Program-made: the position numbers and the translations under genes
Assembly (NCBI GenBank): GCA_963717025.1
Contig: CAVQVJ010000003.1
Location: 964,969-1,028,968, forward strand
Origin: an uncultured Actinomycetes bacterium
Lineage (GTDB): Bacteria; Actinomycetota; Thermoleophilia; Gaiellales; Gaiellaceae
Direction: 5' to 3'
DNA: 64,000 nucleotides
Notes under the pieces: generated by a model
What the model saw: only the letters and a program-made list of their open reading frames with translations
Told to the model about the DNA's origin: nothing
The model's database searches: none
Part shown: piece after piece, positions 18,221-26,689 of the stretch
How the letters are laid out: each line of letters begins with the position of its first letter
Position numbering within the stretch: position 1 is the first letter of the stretch

Positions 18221-19571
18221 CGCCCACGTGTCGGGCGGCGCGTTCGGCGTCGAGACGTTCGAGCTCGACCTCCCGCCGCTCGCCGGGGCGCTGAGCCGGC
18301 GGCTGCACGATGCCGGCCTCCCCGTGACCCCCGCCCGTGCTGCGGACTTCGCACATGCGCTCACCCTCGTCCGGCCGATCGCGCGCCGGCGGCTGTACTG
18401 GACCGCGCGCGCGGTGTTCGTGTCGGACCCGGGGCAGCTCAAAGCCTTCGACAGGGTGTTCTTCTCGATCTTCGGGCGGGCCGACGGGAGTCTCGAGCCC
18501 GAGGATGCTTGGTCCGCCGGCTCGGCGCCCGGCGACCGGTCGAGGCCCGAGTCGTCCCGCCGGGAGTCGGAGCTCGGAACGCTCCTGTCGTCGTCGGCAG
18601 CCGGCGAGCGCGACGACCAGGAGCCGGCCGAGCTCGACGTGCCAGTGGCGATGGCGAGCGACGAGGAGCTGCTCGGCCGCAAGAGCTTCGACGCGCTCGA
18701 GCCGCACGAGCTCGCCCAGCTCTTCCGGCTGATGTCGCGGCTCAAGCTCAAGACCCCGCTCCGCCTGACACGGCGCTACGAGAAGCGGCGCCGTGGCGAT
18801 CGGGTCGATCTGCGGAGGACCCTACGCACCAGCCTGCGCACGGCGGGCGATCCGATCCGGCTCGCGCGGCGCCGCCGACGCGTCGCCCGCCGGCGGCTCG
18901 TGCTGCTCTGCGACATCTCCGGCTCGATGGAGCCGTATGCACGCGCCTACCTCCAGTTCCTGACCTGTGCCGCAGGGAGTGGTCCCAATGTCGACGCGTT
19001 CGTGTTCGCGACCCGGCTCACGCGCGTGACCCGCGCCCTTGCCTCGCGCAACCCCGAGCGCGCGATCCAGGCCGCCGCGGCCGCCGCGCCCGACTGGTCG
19101 AGCGGGACCCGGATCGGCGAGGCGCTTCGGACGTTCAACGACCGGCATGGGCGTCGCGGGATGGCGCGCGGGGCGGTGGTCGTGATCCTCTCCGACGGCT
19201 GGGAGCGCGGCGACCCGAAGCTCGTCGGACGGGAGCTCGAACGCCTCGCGCGCCTGGCGCACCGGATCGTGTGGGTCAATCCGCGAGTCGCGGCGGACGC
19301 CTTCTCCGTGCAGTCCAGAGGCATGGTGGCTGCGCTTCCGCACTGCGACGCGCTCGTGAGCGGCCACAGCTTCGAGGCGCTCGGCGAGGTCGTCGAGGCG
19401 ATCGGGAGGGAGTGGTGCGAGCGTCGGCGATTGCAGCCCGCCGCGGTCGCCGCGGAAGAGCCCGAGCCCTGGCCGAGCGCTACCCCGGTCCCGGGCAGCT
19501 CGGTGGGGATGCCGAGCGGTTACGGCCCGAGCAGAGGGAACGTCACGCCAGGCTGGGTGACCGACGAATGA
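18213..19571 (+). CDS. coxE: VWA-domain protein (CoxE-like)
   Basis: 452 aa. The MIDAS-containing segment LVLLCDISGSMEPYARAYLQF and the RIVWVNP motif are typical of the CoxE family. GTG start overlaps the coxD stop. Confidence 0.8.
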   Translation: MTDAHVSGGAFGVETFELDLPPLAGALSRRLHDAGLPVTPARAADFAHALTLVRPIARRRLYWTARAVFVSDPGQLKAFDRVFFSIFGRADGSLEPEDAWSAGSAPGDRSRPESSRRESELGTLLSSSAAGERDDQEPAELDVPVAMASDEELLGRKSFDALEPHELAQLFRLMSRLKLKTPLRLTRRYEKRRRGDRVDLRRTLRTSLRTAGDPIRLARRRRRVARRRLVLLCDISGSMEPYARAYLQFLTCAAGSGPNVDAFVFATRLTRVTRALASRNPERAIQAAAAAAPDWSSGTRIGEALRTFNDRHGRRGMARGAVVVILSDGWERGDPKLVGRELERLARLAHRIVWVNPRVAADAFSVQSRGMVAALPHCDALVSGHSFEALGEVVEAIGREWCERRRLQPAAVAAEEPEPWPSATPVPGSSVGMPSGYGPSRGNVTPGWVTDE

Positions 19572-19756
19572 GCGAGACCGAGCCCAAGAGGTGCATCTTT
19601 CCGGGCTGCGAGCGCCCCGCCGTGCCTCCGCACCCGATGGGCGGACCGCAACCCGCATTCTGCGATCTCGAGGAGCACAACGCGCTGACCGCCCACCAGG
19701 AGCGCCAGCGCCTCGCGAGCGAGTCCTCGGGCGGCCCCGTCGGGAACGAGAGATGA
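19568..19756 (+). CDS. Small Cys/His-containing protein (62 aa), function unknown
   Basis: ATG 19568 (ATGA overlap with coxE) is in frame with the track ORF ending at 19756. Sequence: MSETEPKRCIFPGCERPAVPPHPMGGPQPAFCDLEEHNALTAHQERQR... It has a C-x4-C...C-x4-H arrangement. Confidence 0.45.
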   Translation: MSETEPKRCIFPGCERPAVPPHPMGGPQPAFCDLEEHNALTAHQERQRLASESSGGPVGNER

Positions 19757-19789
19757 TCAGCAGGTCCCCGACCAGGAGGAGATGCGGCG

Positions 19790-20248
19790 ATGGCTGACGA
19801 GGCTTACCGCGCGGTCTTTCTGCGCGTCCACCCGACCGGGAAGATGGTGCTCAGCCTGACCACCGAGTCCGACGGCAATGAAGCCGAGTACGCGCGACTC
19901 GTCGCCGACGAGCTCGGGGTCCCGGCGCTCGACGTGAAGGTCGTTGCCGCGGACACCGACCGCTTCGGTGTCGGCCACGGCTTCAACACGAGCCCGAGCG
20001 GCGGCACCCAGGCGGCGATTGTCAGCGCGGCGGGAAAGATCCGCGACAAGGCGCAGCTGCTCGCCGGGGCGGCTCTGGAGACGTCACCTGAGGCGCTCGA
20101 GTGGGTGAACGGGGCTTGGGTCGCGGACGGAAGTGACGCCACGCAGGCCAAGACGCTCGAGGAGATCGCCCTCTACGCGCACGGCACGGGCGTCCTGCCC
20201 CCGGGAGTCGAGGGCGGGCTCGACGCGCAGACCGTCTACCGGGACTGA
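19790..20248 (+). CDS. Free-standing ORF derived from an internal segment of a CoxL-type large subunit (domain-sized paralog or gene remnant)
   Basis: 152 aa with an AGGAGG RBS 10 nt upstream. It aligns by eye with CoxL residues of the 13948..16332 product: LRVHPTGKMVLSLTTESDGNEAEYARLVADELGVP..VKVVAADTDRF versus LRVHPSGKAVVSISAQTQGQGHETTFAQIVAEELGIP..VEVRHGDTDRS, and later EGGLDAQTVY versus EGGLDAQVIY. Confidence 0.55.
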   Translation: MADEAYRAVFLRVHPTGKMVLSLTTESDGNEAEYARLVADELGVPALDVKVVAADTDRFGVGHGFNTSPSGGTQAAIVSAAGKIRDKAQLLAGAALETSPEALEWVNGAWVADGSDATQAKTLEEIALYAHGTGVLPPGVEGGLDAQTVYRD

Positions 20249-21036
20249 CCCTCGTCCTCCTGTCGGCCCATGCCTCGCGTGCGGACGTAGAGGAAGAGGA
20301 AGAACGACGTCACGAGCGCGAGGGGCAGCGCGGTCCCATTGGACACGTCCACGGCGACCATCCCGAACCAGAGGAAGAGAAAGAACACGAGCGCCCAGAC
20401 GAAGCTCGAGATGCCCGGATCGACGATCGGAACGGGACGCCACTCGATCTCGAAGACGTCCGCCCAGTCCGGTGTCGCGGCTACCTGACCCACGCCCTCC
20501 TGCCACGTGGCATCGACTGCGATCGAGACCTCGTCGGCGACCTTCAGCGCCCCGAAGAGCGCCGAGTACGGCGTCATTCCCCAGTCGGACTGCCTGACGA
20601 CCGCGCTGCCGCTGAGCCTGCCGTCGTCGCCGACGACGAGCTCGAGCTCGAGCGGATGGACGGTGCCGACGAGCGTCAGGTCGCCCTGCACAATCATCCG
20701 GCCGCCGTCGGCGGCCTGCACCGCGGTCGAGCGGAACTCGATCTCCGTCCCCTTCAGGATCTCGTCGTCGATCGTCTGCTCGATGTTCGCCTTGTCGTCG
20801 TCGCCGAGCGGCTGCATCCCGCCGAACCCGTCCTGCACGCGAAGGGACGACGCGTCGGCCTCGAGCACGAGGCTCGTCTGCGTGGGATCCTCGCCGACCT
20901 CGAGCGTGGCCTGCCACGACGCGACCTGAATCAGGAGGTCGTGCCCCGCCTGGGCCGCGGCCCCGCCGCGCCAGGTCCTGACCCGGAGCGCGCCGTTCTC
21001 GGGCCCGAACGTGTGCGTCCCTGCCGGGATCCCCAT
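20236..21036 (-). CDS. YceI-like domain protein with a C-terminal two-TM membrane anchor
   Basis: 266 aa. YceI-type pattern (HTFGPENGALRVRTWRGG..AGHDL..., GDLTLVGTVHPLEL). The C-terminus ISSFVWALVFFLFLWFGMVAV...LALVTSFFLFLYV is hydrophobic. Confidence 0.7.
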   Translation of the reverse strand: MGIPAGTHTFGPENGALRVRTWRGGAAAQAGHDLLIQVASWQATLEVGEDPTQTSLVLEADASSLRVQDGFGGMQPLGDDDKANIEQTIDDEILKGTEIEFRSTAVQAADGGRMIVQGDLTLVGTVHPLELELVVGDDGRLSGSAVVRQSDWGMTPYSALFGALKVADEVSIAVDATWQEGVGQVAATPDWADVFEIEWRPVPIVDPGISSFVWALVFFLFLWFGMVAVDVSNGTALPLALVTSFFLFLYVRTRGMGRQEDEGQSR

Positions 21037-21079
21037 GGGTCGGCCGAGACTCTAAGACGCTTCGCTAAGGTCCGTCGCC

Positions 21080-21511
21080 ATGGCGGTGGAGCTCGAGCAT
21101 CCGTTCTCGACCTCGAAATCGATCGACGAGAGCTACGCAGCGATTCTCGACCTCGAGCGCGTGGTGCCGTGCGTCGAGGGAGCCAGCCTGCTCGGGACGA
21201 CCGGGCCGGACTCCGTCGACACCCAGATCGACATCAAGTTGGGCGCGATGTCGATGCAGTTCACCGGCACGGTCGAGATCGTCGAGCAGGACGCCGAAGC
21301 GCACCGGGTGGTGATGGCCGTCAGGTCGAAGGAGGCCGGTGGTCAGGGGCACGCGGACGCGGACGTCGTGTTCGCGTTGAGCGACGGCGGAGGGACGATC
21401 CAGACCAACGCGCGCATCACGGGCAAGGCCGCGTCGATGGGCGAGGGAGTCGTCCACGGCGTGCTGGACGCGCTGGTCAAGGACTTCGCGGGCAAGCTCG
21501 GAAACATCTGA
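21080..21511 (+). CDS. coxG: CoxG-family SRPBCC protein
   Basis: 143 aa. Typical CoxG pattern (F....S.DE.YAAILDLERVVPCVEGA.L........D..I..KLGAMSMQFTG.VEIVE.D...H). Confidence 0.8.
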   Translation: MAVELEHPFSTSKSIDESYAAILDLERVVPCVEGASLLGTTGPDSVDTQIDIKLGAMSMQFTGTVEIVEQDAEAHRVVMAVRSKEAGGQGHADADVVFALSDGGGTIQTNARITGKAASMGEGVVHGVLDALVKDFAGKLGNI

Positions 21512-21521
21512 TCCGCCTCCA

Positions 21522-21794
21522 ATGGCGACCATCACCATGCGACGCATCCGCGAGGGCGAGGTTCCCTTCGACGGCGGAACCGCGATCCAGGAGGACGCCG
21601 ACCGGCCCGTCTTCCACGGCAACGGCCCCGACGACTACGTGTGCGTGAACTGTGGCAACGTCCTCGCGACCGCGATGCAGCCCGTGCAGATGACGAAGAA
21701 GGTCCGCGTCCGCTGCGGGCGCTGCTCGACGGTAAACGTCTCGGTGATCGACGGCTACGAAGCGTCGTCAGGAGGGCCCGAGCGCAAGGAGTGA
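21522..21794 (+). CDS. Small zinc-ribbon protein (90 aa)
   Basis: CVNCGN ... CGRCST, that is two CxxC pairs. Good GC3. Follows coxG by 10 nt. Confidence 0.5.
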   Translation: MATITMRRIREGEVPFDGGTAIQEDADRPVFHGNGPDDYVCVNCGNVLATAMQPVQMTKKVRVRCGRCSTVNVSVIDGYEASSGGPERKE

Positions 21795-21831
21795 CGTCGG
21801 TGGCGGCGGTAGGCCGCGTCGACGCTCCGAC

Positions 21832-22221
21832 TCAGACTCGGACGTGGATGATGGGGATGCCATCCAGGTCGCGGGGGAGCTCGTCGAGCTCGCCTCGCTC
21901 GAGCCACGTAGCCTCCTCACCCTCGCGGAGCGCGAGGACGATCCTGTCCGGGTGGTGCTCGGCGATCGCGTCGAGCACGAGCTGGCTCGGCAGGTCCGGC
22001 TTCACCTGGATCATCGAGGGGTCCGCGGGTGCCGCTTCGGCGATCGCCTCGCCGGCCTCCTGCGCCTCCGCGCGCGCCTTGTCCTCGTCGCTCAGGAGCC
22101 ACCTGAAGCGCGACTGGTCGACCGCGGCCATGACGATGCGCACGTCGTCGTCGGGCGAGATCACGTCCGCGAGCGTGTCCTCGGGCAGCTCCGAGCTCGC
22201 GACGACAACGACTCTGGCCAC
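21832..22221 (-). CDS. Hypothetical protein with a USP-like alpha/beta layout (tentative)
   Basis: C-terminal 129 codons of track ORF 21832..22458, from the GTG at 22221 (VARVVVVASSELPEDTLADV...HHPDRIVLALREGEEATWLE...). The upstream part of the track ORF is Arg/Ser-rich and overlaps the next gene, so it is probably not coding. The start is uncertain. Confidence 0.45.
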   Translation of the reverse strand: MARVVVVASSELPEDTLADVISPDDDVRIVMAAVDQSRFRWLLSDEDKARAEAQEAGEAIAEAAPADPSMIQVKPDLPSQLVLDAIAEHHPDRIVLALREGEEATWLERGELDELPRDLDGIPIIHVRV

Positions 22222-22258
22222 GGTCGCCCTGATACCCGCCGTGGCGGGCACCAAACGG

Positions 22259-22933
22259 TCAGCCCGACGACCCGGTCTCGTCGTGCGGCGCGCCGACGGG
22301 CTTCGATTCGGCCGAGCCGCGCTGGCGCAGGTAGATCGTGAACGCGACCATCGTCCCGACCGCAAGGAACTCCGACTGCCAGTTCTGGAGCGTGCGCTCC
22401 CAGAAGTCGGGCTCGAGGAGATAGCGACCCCACGTCGTGGTCGCCTCGTTGTGCTCAAGCTGTCCGGCGTTGAACTGGCGCCAGTTGTTCAGCGACTGGG
22501 CCAGCCAGGTCGCGAGGAAGATCGTCCCCATCGTCAGCAGCAGGGAGTTCTCGTAAATGCCCCTGCGCAGGCCCGCACCGCGTGCCCAGAGCGGCGAACG
22601 CTCGCCGGCGTGCCGGCCGACGCGCTGCTGCTCGTCGGTCTCGCCGCCGGCGTCCTCGAGCCGCTTCGACTCGTTCGAGCCCTTCTGCACGAGCCAGATC
22701 GTCGCGCCGATGAACACGGTGAACTGGAGGAACTCGGACTGCCAGTTCTCCATGACCGCGCCCCAGAACTCCGGCGATGTCACGTACGTGAGCCACGAGA
22801 CCTCGGGGCTGCCGTGCTCCGCTAGGTCCGCGTTCTCGGCGTGCTGGCCGACGAACGACTGCCCCACGAGCGTTGACGTGAAGAGCACCGCGAAGAACAG
22901 CGACAGCCCGTTCTCTCTGAGGAACGTCCGCAT
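22259..22933 (-). CDS. Membrane protein with an internal duplication (resembles the DUF6766 type)
   Basis: ATG at 22933 (MRTFLRENGLSLFF...). There are two repeats of the motif E/QNWQSEFL-(hydrophobic helix)-RQ/QKGS.ESK. The longer track ORF (to 23299) runs into the topoisomerase gene region and is Arg/Pro-rich. Confidence 0.7.
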   Translation of the reverse strand: MRTFLRENGLSLFFAVLFTSTLVGQSFVGQHAENADLAEHGSPEVSWLTYVTSPEFWGAVMENWQSEFLQFTVFIGATIWLVQKGSNESKRLEDAGGETDEQQRVGRHAGERSPLWARGAGLRRGIYENSLLLTMGTIFLATWLAQSLNNWRQFNAGQLEHNEATTTWGRYLLEPDFWERTLQNWQSEFLAVGTMVAFTIYLRQRGSAESKPVGAPHDETGSSG

Positions 22934-23099
22934 CAGTCGGCCAGGACGACCAGGACCGCGGCCAGGAGGCCGGCCACGACCACGAGCGCGTACCACACGA
23001 ACACGAGGCGCACACTGAGGTATTCCCAGCGTGCATACGAGCCAACCGCGCTGCCTCCCGGCGGTTTGGGACGGGCGGCAGCGCGGGTAGGCGGCGGAC

Positions 23100-24080
23100 G
23101 TGGCTCGGCGAGGTGGGTGGAGACGGCTCGGCCGGAAGCGGTTCCGGTACGTCGACGCAGCCGGGCGGGAGATCGACGACGAGGAGCAACTCGAGCGGAT
23201 TCGTGAGCTCGCCATCCCGCCGGCCTGGCGAGACGTGTGGGTCTCGCCCAACCCGCTAGCGCGAATCCAGGCGACGGGCATCGACACCGCCGGCCGCAAG
23301 CAGTACCGCTACCACGCGAGCTTCCGCGCGGCCCAGGAGCGGGCGAAGTTCGAAGGGCTGCTCGACTTCGCGAAGGCGCTGCCGGGCCTGCGGTCGCGCA
23401 TGGCTCGCCACCAGCGCAACGGGCCCTACGAGCGCGAGTGGGCGTGCGCGCTCGCCGTCGACGTCATCAACAAGGCGTGGTTTCGCGTCGGCTCGGACCG
23501 GCACTCCCGCCGATCCCGAACCTATGGCGTCACGACGCTGACGAAGCGCCACGTCACGGTCGAGGACGACGAGCTGACCTTCTGCTTCCGCGCGAAGAAC
23601 CGACGGCTCGTCCGGCGCACGATCCGCAACGCGAAGCTCGCCGAGGGAGTCACCGAGCTGCTCGAACTGCCGTCGGGCTCGAGGCTCTTCCGCTTCGAGA
23701 GGGACGATGAGCTCGTCCCGCTCACCGCGCCGCTTCTCAACGAGTACCTCGCGGAGCACATGGGCGCCGGCTTCACCGCGAAGGACTTCCGAACCTGGGG
23801 CGGCACGCTGCTCGCGGCCACCGAGCTCGCGCGACGAGGCCCCGCCGAGGACGAGCACGAGGGGACGCGGATCGTCGCGGCCGTCATGCGCACGGTGGGG
23901 AACGAGCTCGGGAACACCCCTGCGGTGGCGCGCGATTCGTACGTGAGCCCGCTGGTCGTGAGCGCGTTCCGCGCCGGGACGACGATCGAGGACTTCAGGC
24001 CCGCAGACGGCGCGGGCCTGAAGCACCTCACCGCGGACGAGCAGGCGCTCGTCGCACTCCTGAAGGCCGAGGCCGACTGA
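23100..24080 (+). CDS. Bacterial type IB DNA topoisomerase (poxvirus-like TopIB)
   Basis: 326 aa. IPPAWRDVWVSP, GIDTAGRKQYRYH, FRAKNRR and the C-terminal ARDSYVSP (catalytic Tyr context) match the bacterial TopIB family as I remember it. Confidence 0.8.
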   Translation: MARRGGWRRLGRKRFRYVDAAGREIDDEEQLERIRELAIPPAWRDVWVSPNPLARIQATGIDTAGRKQYRYHASFRAAQERAKFEGLLDFAKALPGLRSRMARHQRNGPYEREWACALAVDVINKAWFRVGSDRHSRRSRTYGVTTLTKRHVTVEDDELTFCFRAKNRRLVRRTIRNAKLAEGVTELLELPSGSRLFRFERDDELVPLTAPLLNEYLAEHMGAGFTAKDFRTWGGTLLAATELARRGPAEDEHEGTRIVAAVMRTVGNELGNTPAVARDSYVSPLVVSAFRAGTTIEDFRPADGAGLKHLTADEQALVALLKAEAD

Positions 24081-24084
24081 GGAG

Positions 24085-24288
24085 CTACCGCGAGACGGAC
24101 GACTTCTCGCGCTCGTCGCGCTTCTCGCCGATCTCGTCCACGTGGTCCTCCGCTCGGTCGCCGACGTCCTCGACTTTGTCCTTCACGTCCTCCCAGGTGT
24201 CGCGGGCCTTGTCCTTGCCCTCGCCCCACTTCTGCTGGGCCTTGCCCTCGACTTCCTTCTCCTTGCCCTTGATGCGATCGCTGTCCAT
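24085..24288 (-). CDS. CsbD-family stress protein
   Basis: 67 aa from ATG 24288, with AAGGAGG 6-7 nt upstream: MDSDRIKGKEKEVEGKAQQKWGEGKDKARDTWEDVKDKVEDVGDR... The track ORF extends further upstream without support. Confidence 0.8.
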   Translation of the reverse strand: MDSDRIKGKEKEVEGKAQQKWGEGKDKARDTWEDVKDKVEDVGDRAEDHVDEIGEKRDEREKSSVSR

Positions 24289-24446
24289 GTCAGCCTCCTT
24301 CCGTATGTAGTGACAGGTACACGAGTTGCCCCGAGCGGGCGGCTGCGAAACGGGTGTATCGAGTGCCGTCGGCGGGACCCGGACAGCCTCACCGCCCGGT
24401 AGCAGCCGCGCGTTTTCCGTCACCACCGGCTGGGTACCGCACGAAC

Positions 24447-25100
24447 GTGAACCCGCACCGCCTCGATCAGGTCGCGCTTCACGTCGCAGATCCACAGGCG
24501 ATGGCGCAGAGCCTGCTCGCCAGGCTTCCGTTCCGGGTGATCGAGGAGACGGACGAGTTCGTGCTCGTGGGCCGGTCTCCGGAGCTCGGCAAGCTCACGC
24601 TCTTCCGAGCACGCGGTCCGCGGGAGCCGGGCTCGCTCATGTGCGTCGGGATCGGGATTCCCGGCGCCACGGCGTCGACGACACTCGCGGCGGGGGAGGG
24701 GCTCGAGATCGAGCTCGTTCCGTCCGCGCCGGACGGCGAGGTCGACATCTCGCACGTCGAGCTTCGTGTGCCCGATCCGCTCGCGAGCGTGCGGACGTGG
24801 CTCGCCTGCGGGTTCGAACGTGCAAGGACCCTCGGGCGGGCGGAGCGCATACGGCTCGGTGGGACGCACCTCGTTCTCCACCCCGGCCCGGCACCCGCAC
24901 CCGAGGTCACGAAGCCTCTGCTCGACCATGTCGGCCTCCTCGTCGACTCGATCGAGGAGACGCGCCGAGCCGTCGCCAACCTCGGGTTCGAGGTCGAGCG
25001 CGAGGTGGAAGGCGACGACAGCTGGGCGCTGTTCGTCCGCGGGCCGGACGGCGTCGAAGTCGAATACATCGAGCACAAGCCCTCGTTCGCACTGGCATGA
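24447..25100 (+). CDS. Glyoxalase/VOC-family protein (two-module)
   Basis: LDQVALHVADPQAM.. and LDHVGLLVDSIEETRRAV..LGFEV modules. The start is placed at GTG 24447. The track ORF begins at 24354, so the start is uncertain. Confidence 0.65.
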   Translation: MNPHRLDQVALHVADPQAMAQSLLARLPFRVIEETDEFVLVGRSPELGKLTLFRARGPREPGSLMCVGIGIPGATASTTLAAGEGLEIELVPSAPDGEVDISHVELRVPDPLASVRTWLACGFERARTLGRAERIRLGGTHLVLHPGPAPAPEVTKPLLDHVGLLVDSIEETRRAVANLGFEVEREVEGDDSWALFVRGPDGVEVEYIEHKPSFALA

Positions 25101-25291
25101 GCGACGACGATCGCACGACGAGAGACACGGCCGAGGCCGCGGTGTCGGAGGGACTCACGGCGGAGCAGGAGGTTGCGTCCGGCCGCCCCGCCTGGACCCC
25201 GGCGGTCGTTCTCGGGTCCGTCGTCAGTTTCGTCGGAGTGATCGTCGCGGTCGGGCTCGTGCTCGCCGTAGTCGCCTATCTGCTGGCGTAG
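25097..25291 (+). CDS. Small membrane protein (64 aa)
   Basis: ATG 25097 (ATGA overlap with the upstream gene). The C-terminal TM helix is AVVLGSVVSFVGVIVAVGLVLAVVAYLLA. Confidence 0.5.
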   Translation: MSDDDRTTRDTAEAAVSEGLTAEQEVASGRPAWTPAVVLGSVVSFVGVIVAVGLVLAVVAYLLA

Positions 25292-25298
25292 CTGCCGG

Positions 25299-26678
25299 CT
25301 AGCGCGGCAGGTGCAGCCCGAGCCTGCGCGGCAGCGACGCGACGAGGGAGGTGACCACGCCCGGCTTGCGGCCGGCGTCCTCGGCGGCGTCCTTCGCGAT
25401 CAGCGCACGGCGGATGAGCGAGCCGCCGACGTAGCGGAACGGCTCGGTCGGGAAGAGCTTCCGCGGCGGCTCGACGATCGCGAGCCCGGTTCGCTCGTCG
25501 CGGACGTCGAGCGCGAGGCGCGCGAGGATCTCGCCGCCGAGGTACGTCGGCCCGACACCGTTACCGGTGAAGCCGAAGCCGTAGTGGACGCCGTTGCGCG
25601 TCCCGAAGATCGGCGTGTGCGTAGGGGAGACGTCGATCGGCCCGCCCCACGCGTGCGTGACCGCCCGACCCTGGAGCTGCGGGAAGAAGCGGACGAGGCT
25701 CTCGCGGGTGCGCGCGACGACGCTCGGGTCGACCTCGAGCCGCGATGAGCCACGGGAGTCGCGGCCCATCGTCCCGCCTCCCCAGCCGAACACGATGCGG
25801 CCATCTCGCGTCGTCCGCGTGTAGTGGACGAGCGTCCGGCAGTCGACGATCGCCTCGCCACCCGTCCAGCCGAGCTCCTCGAGCACGTCCGGGACGGGCT
25901 CCGTGAGAACGATGTGGCTCGACGCGACGGCGAGCGAACGGCCGTGTCCGGGAAAGCCACCGGTCGCGGAGTTGACAGCGAGCACGATCCCCTTCCCACG
26001 GACGCGCCCCGCTCGGGTCCCGACGCTGCCGTCCGCATGGAGCTCGGTGACCTGTGTCCGCTCGTGGATCCGGACGCCCCGTTCGAGCAGCGTCCGGCGT
26101 AGCCCGAGGGCGAGTCGCGCCGGGTGCACGGTCGCGTTCAAGCGGTAGAGGGCGCCGCCCAGGAAGAGCGGCGAGTCGCAGCGAGCACGGATCTCGGCCT
26201 CGCCGCCGGACACGACCTCGTCCGGCGCGCCGAGCTCGGCCGCCGTGCGCACCTCCTCGTCCCACGCGCCGAGCTGAGACTCGGTGGTCGCGACCTCGAG
26301 CATCGGCGCGAGCCGGAACCAGGCGTCGACGCCGTTCGCGTCACACCAGGCGCCGATCCCGCGCACCGCGTCTTCCGAGGCGCGGCAGACGGCGAGGGCG
26401 GCGGCAGCGCCAGCCCGCTCCCGTAACGTCGACGCGTCGCCCCAGAGCGTCTCGCAGAAGCCGCCGTTCCGCCCGCTCGGGCCGTGTCCGCAGACCTCGG
26501 CCTCGAGCAGGAGTACGTCAGCGTCCGGCTCGAGCTCGAGGACGTGCCACGCCGTCCAGAGCCCGAGGTAGCCGCCGCCGACGACGACGACATCGGCCGA
26601 GTCGTCGCCCTCGAGCGGGCGCGCCGGCACGACGTCGCCGGCCTCCTCGAGCCACCACCCGTGTCGTGTGTGACGCAC
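25299..26678 (-). CDS. FAD-dependent oxidoreductase (DAO family, PuuB-like)
   Basis: 459 aa. ADVVVVGGGYLGLWTAW dinucleotide-binding motif, GPSGRNGG motif, DAO-type length. Confidence 0.8.
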   Translation of the reverse strand: MRHTRHGWWLEEAGDVVPARPLEGDDSADVVVVGGGYLGLWTAWHVLELEPDADVLLLEAEVCGHGPSGRNGGFCETLWGDASTLRERAGAAAALAVCRASEDAVRGIGAWCDANGVDAWFRLAPMLEVATTESQLGAWDEEVRTAAELGAPDEVVSGGEAEIRARCDSPLFLGGALYRLNATVHPARLALGLRRTLLERGVRIHERTQVTELHADGSVGTRAGRVRGKGIVLAVNSATGGFPGHGRSLAVASSHIVLTEPVPDVLEELGWTGGEAIVDCRTLVHYTRTTRDGRIVFGWGGGTMGRDSRGSSRLEVDPSVVARTRESLVRFFPQLQGRAVTHAWGGPIDVSPTHTPIFGTRNGVHYGFGFTGNGVGPTYLGGEILARLALDVRDERTGLAIVEPPRKLFPTEPFRYVGGSLIRRALIAKDAAEDAGRKPGVVTSLVASLPRRLGLHLPR

Positions 26679-26689
26679 GGGCGGCGGCG

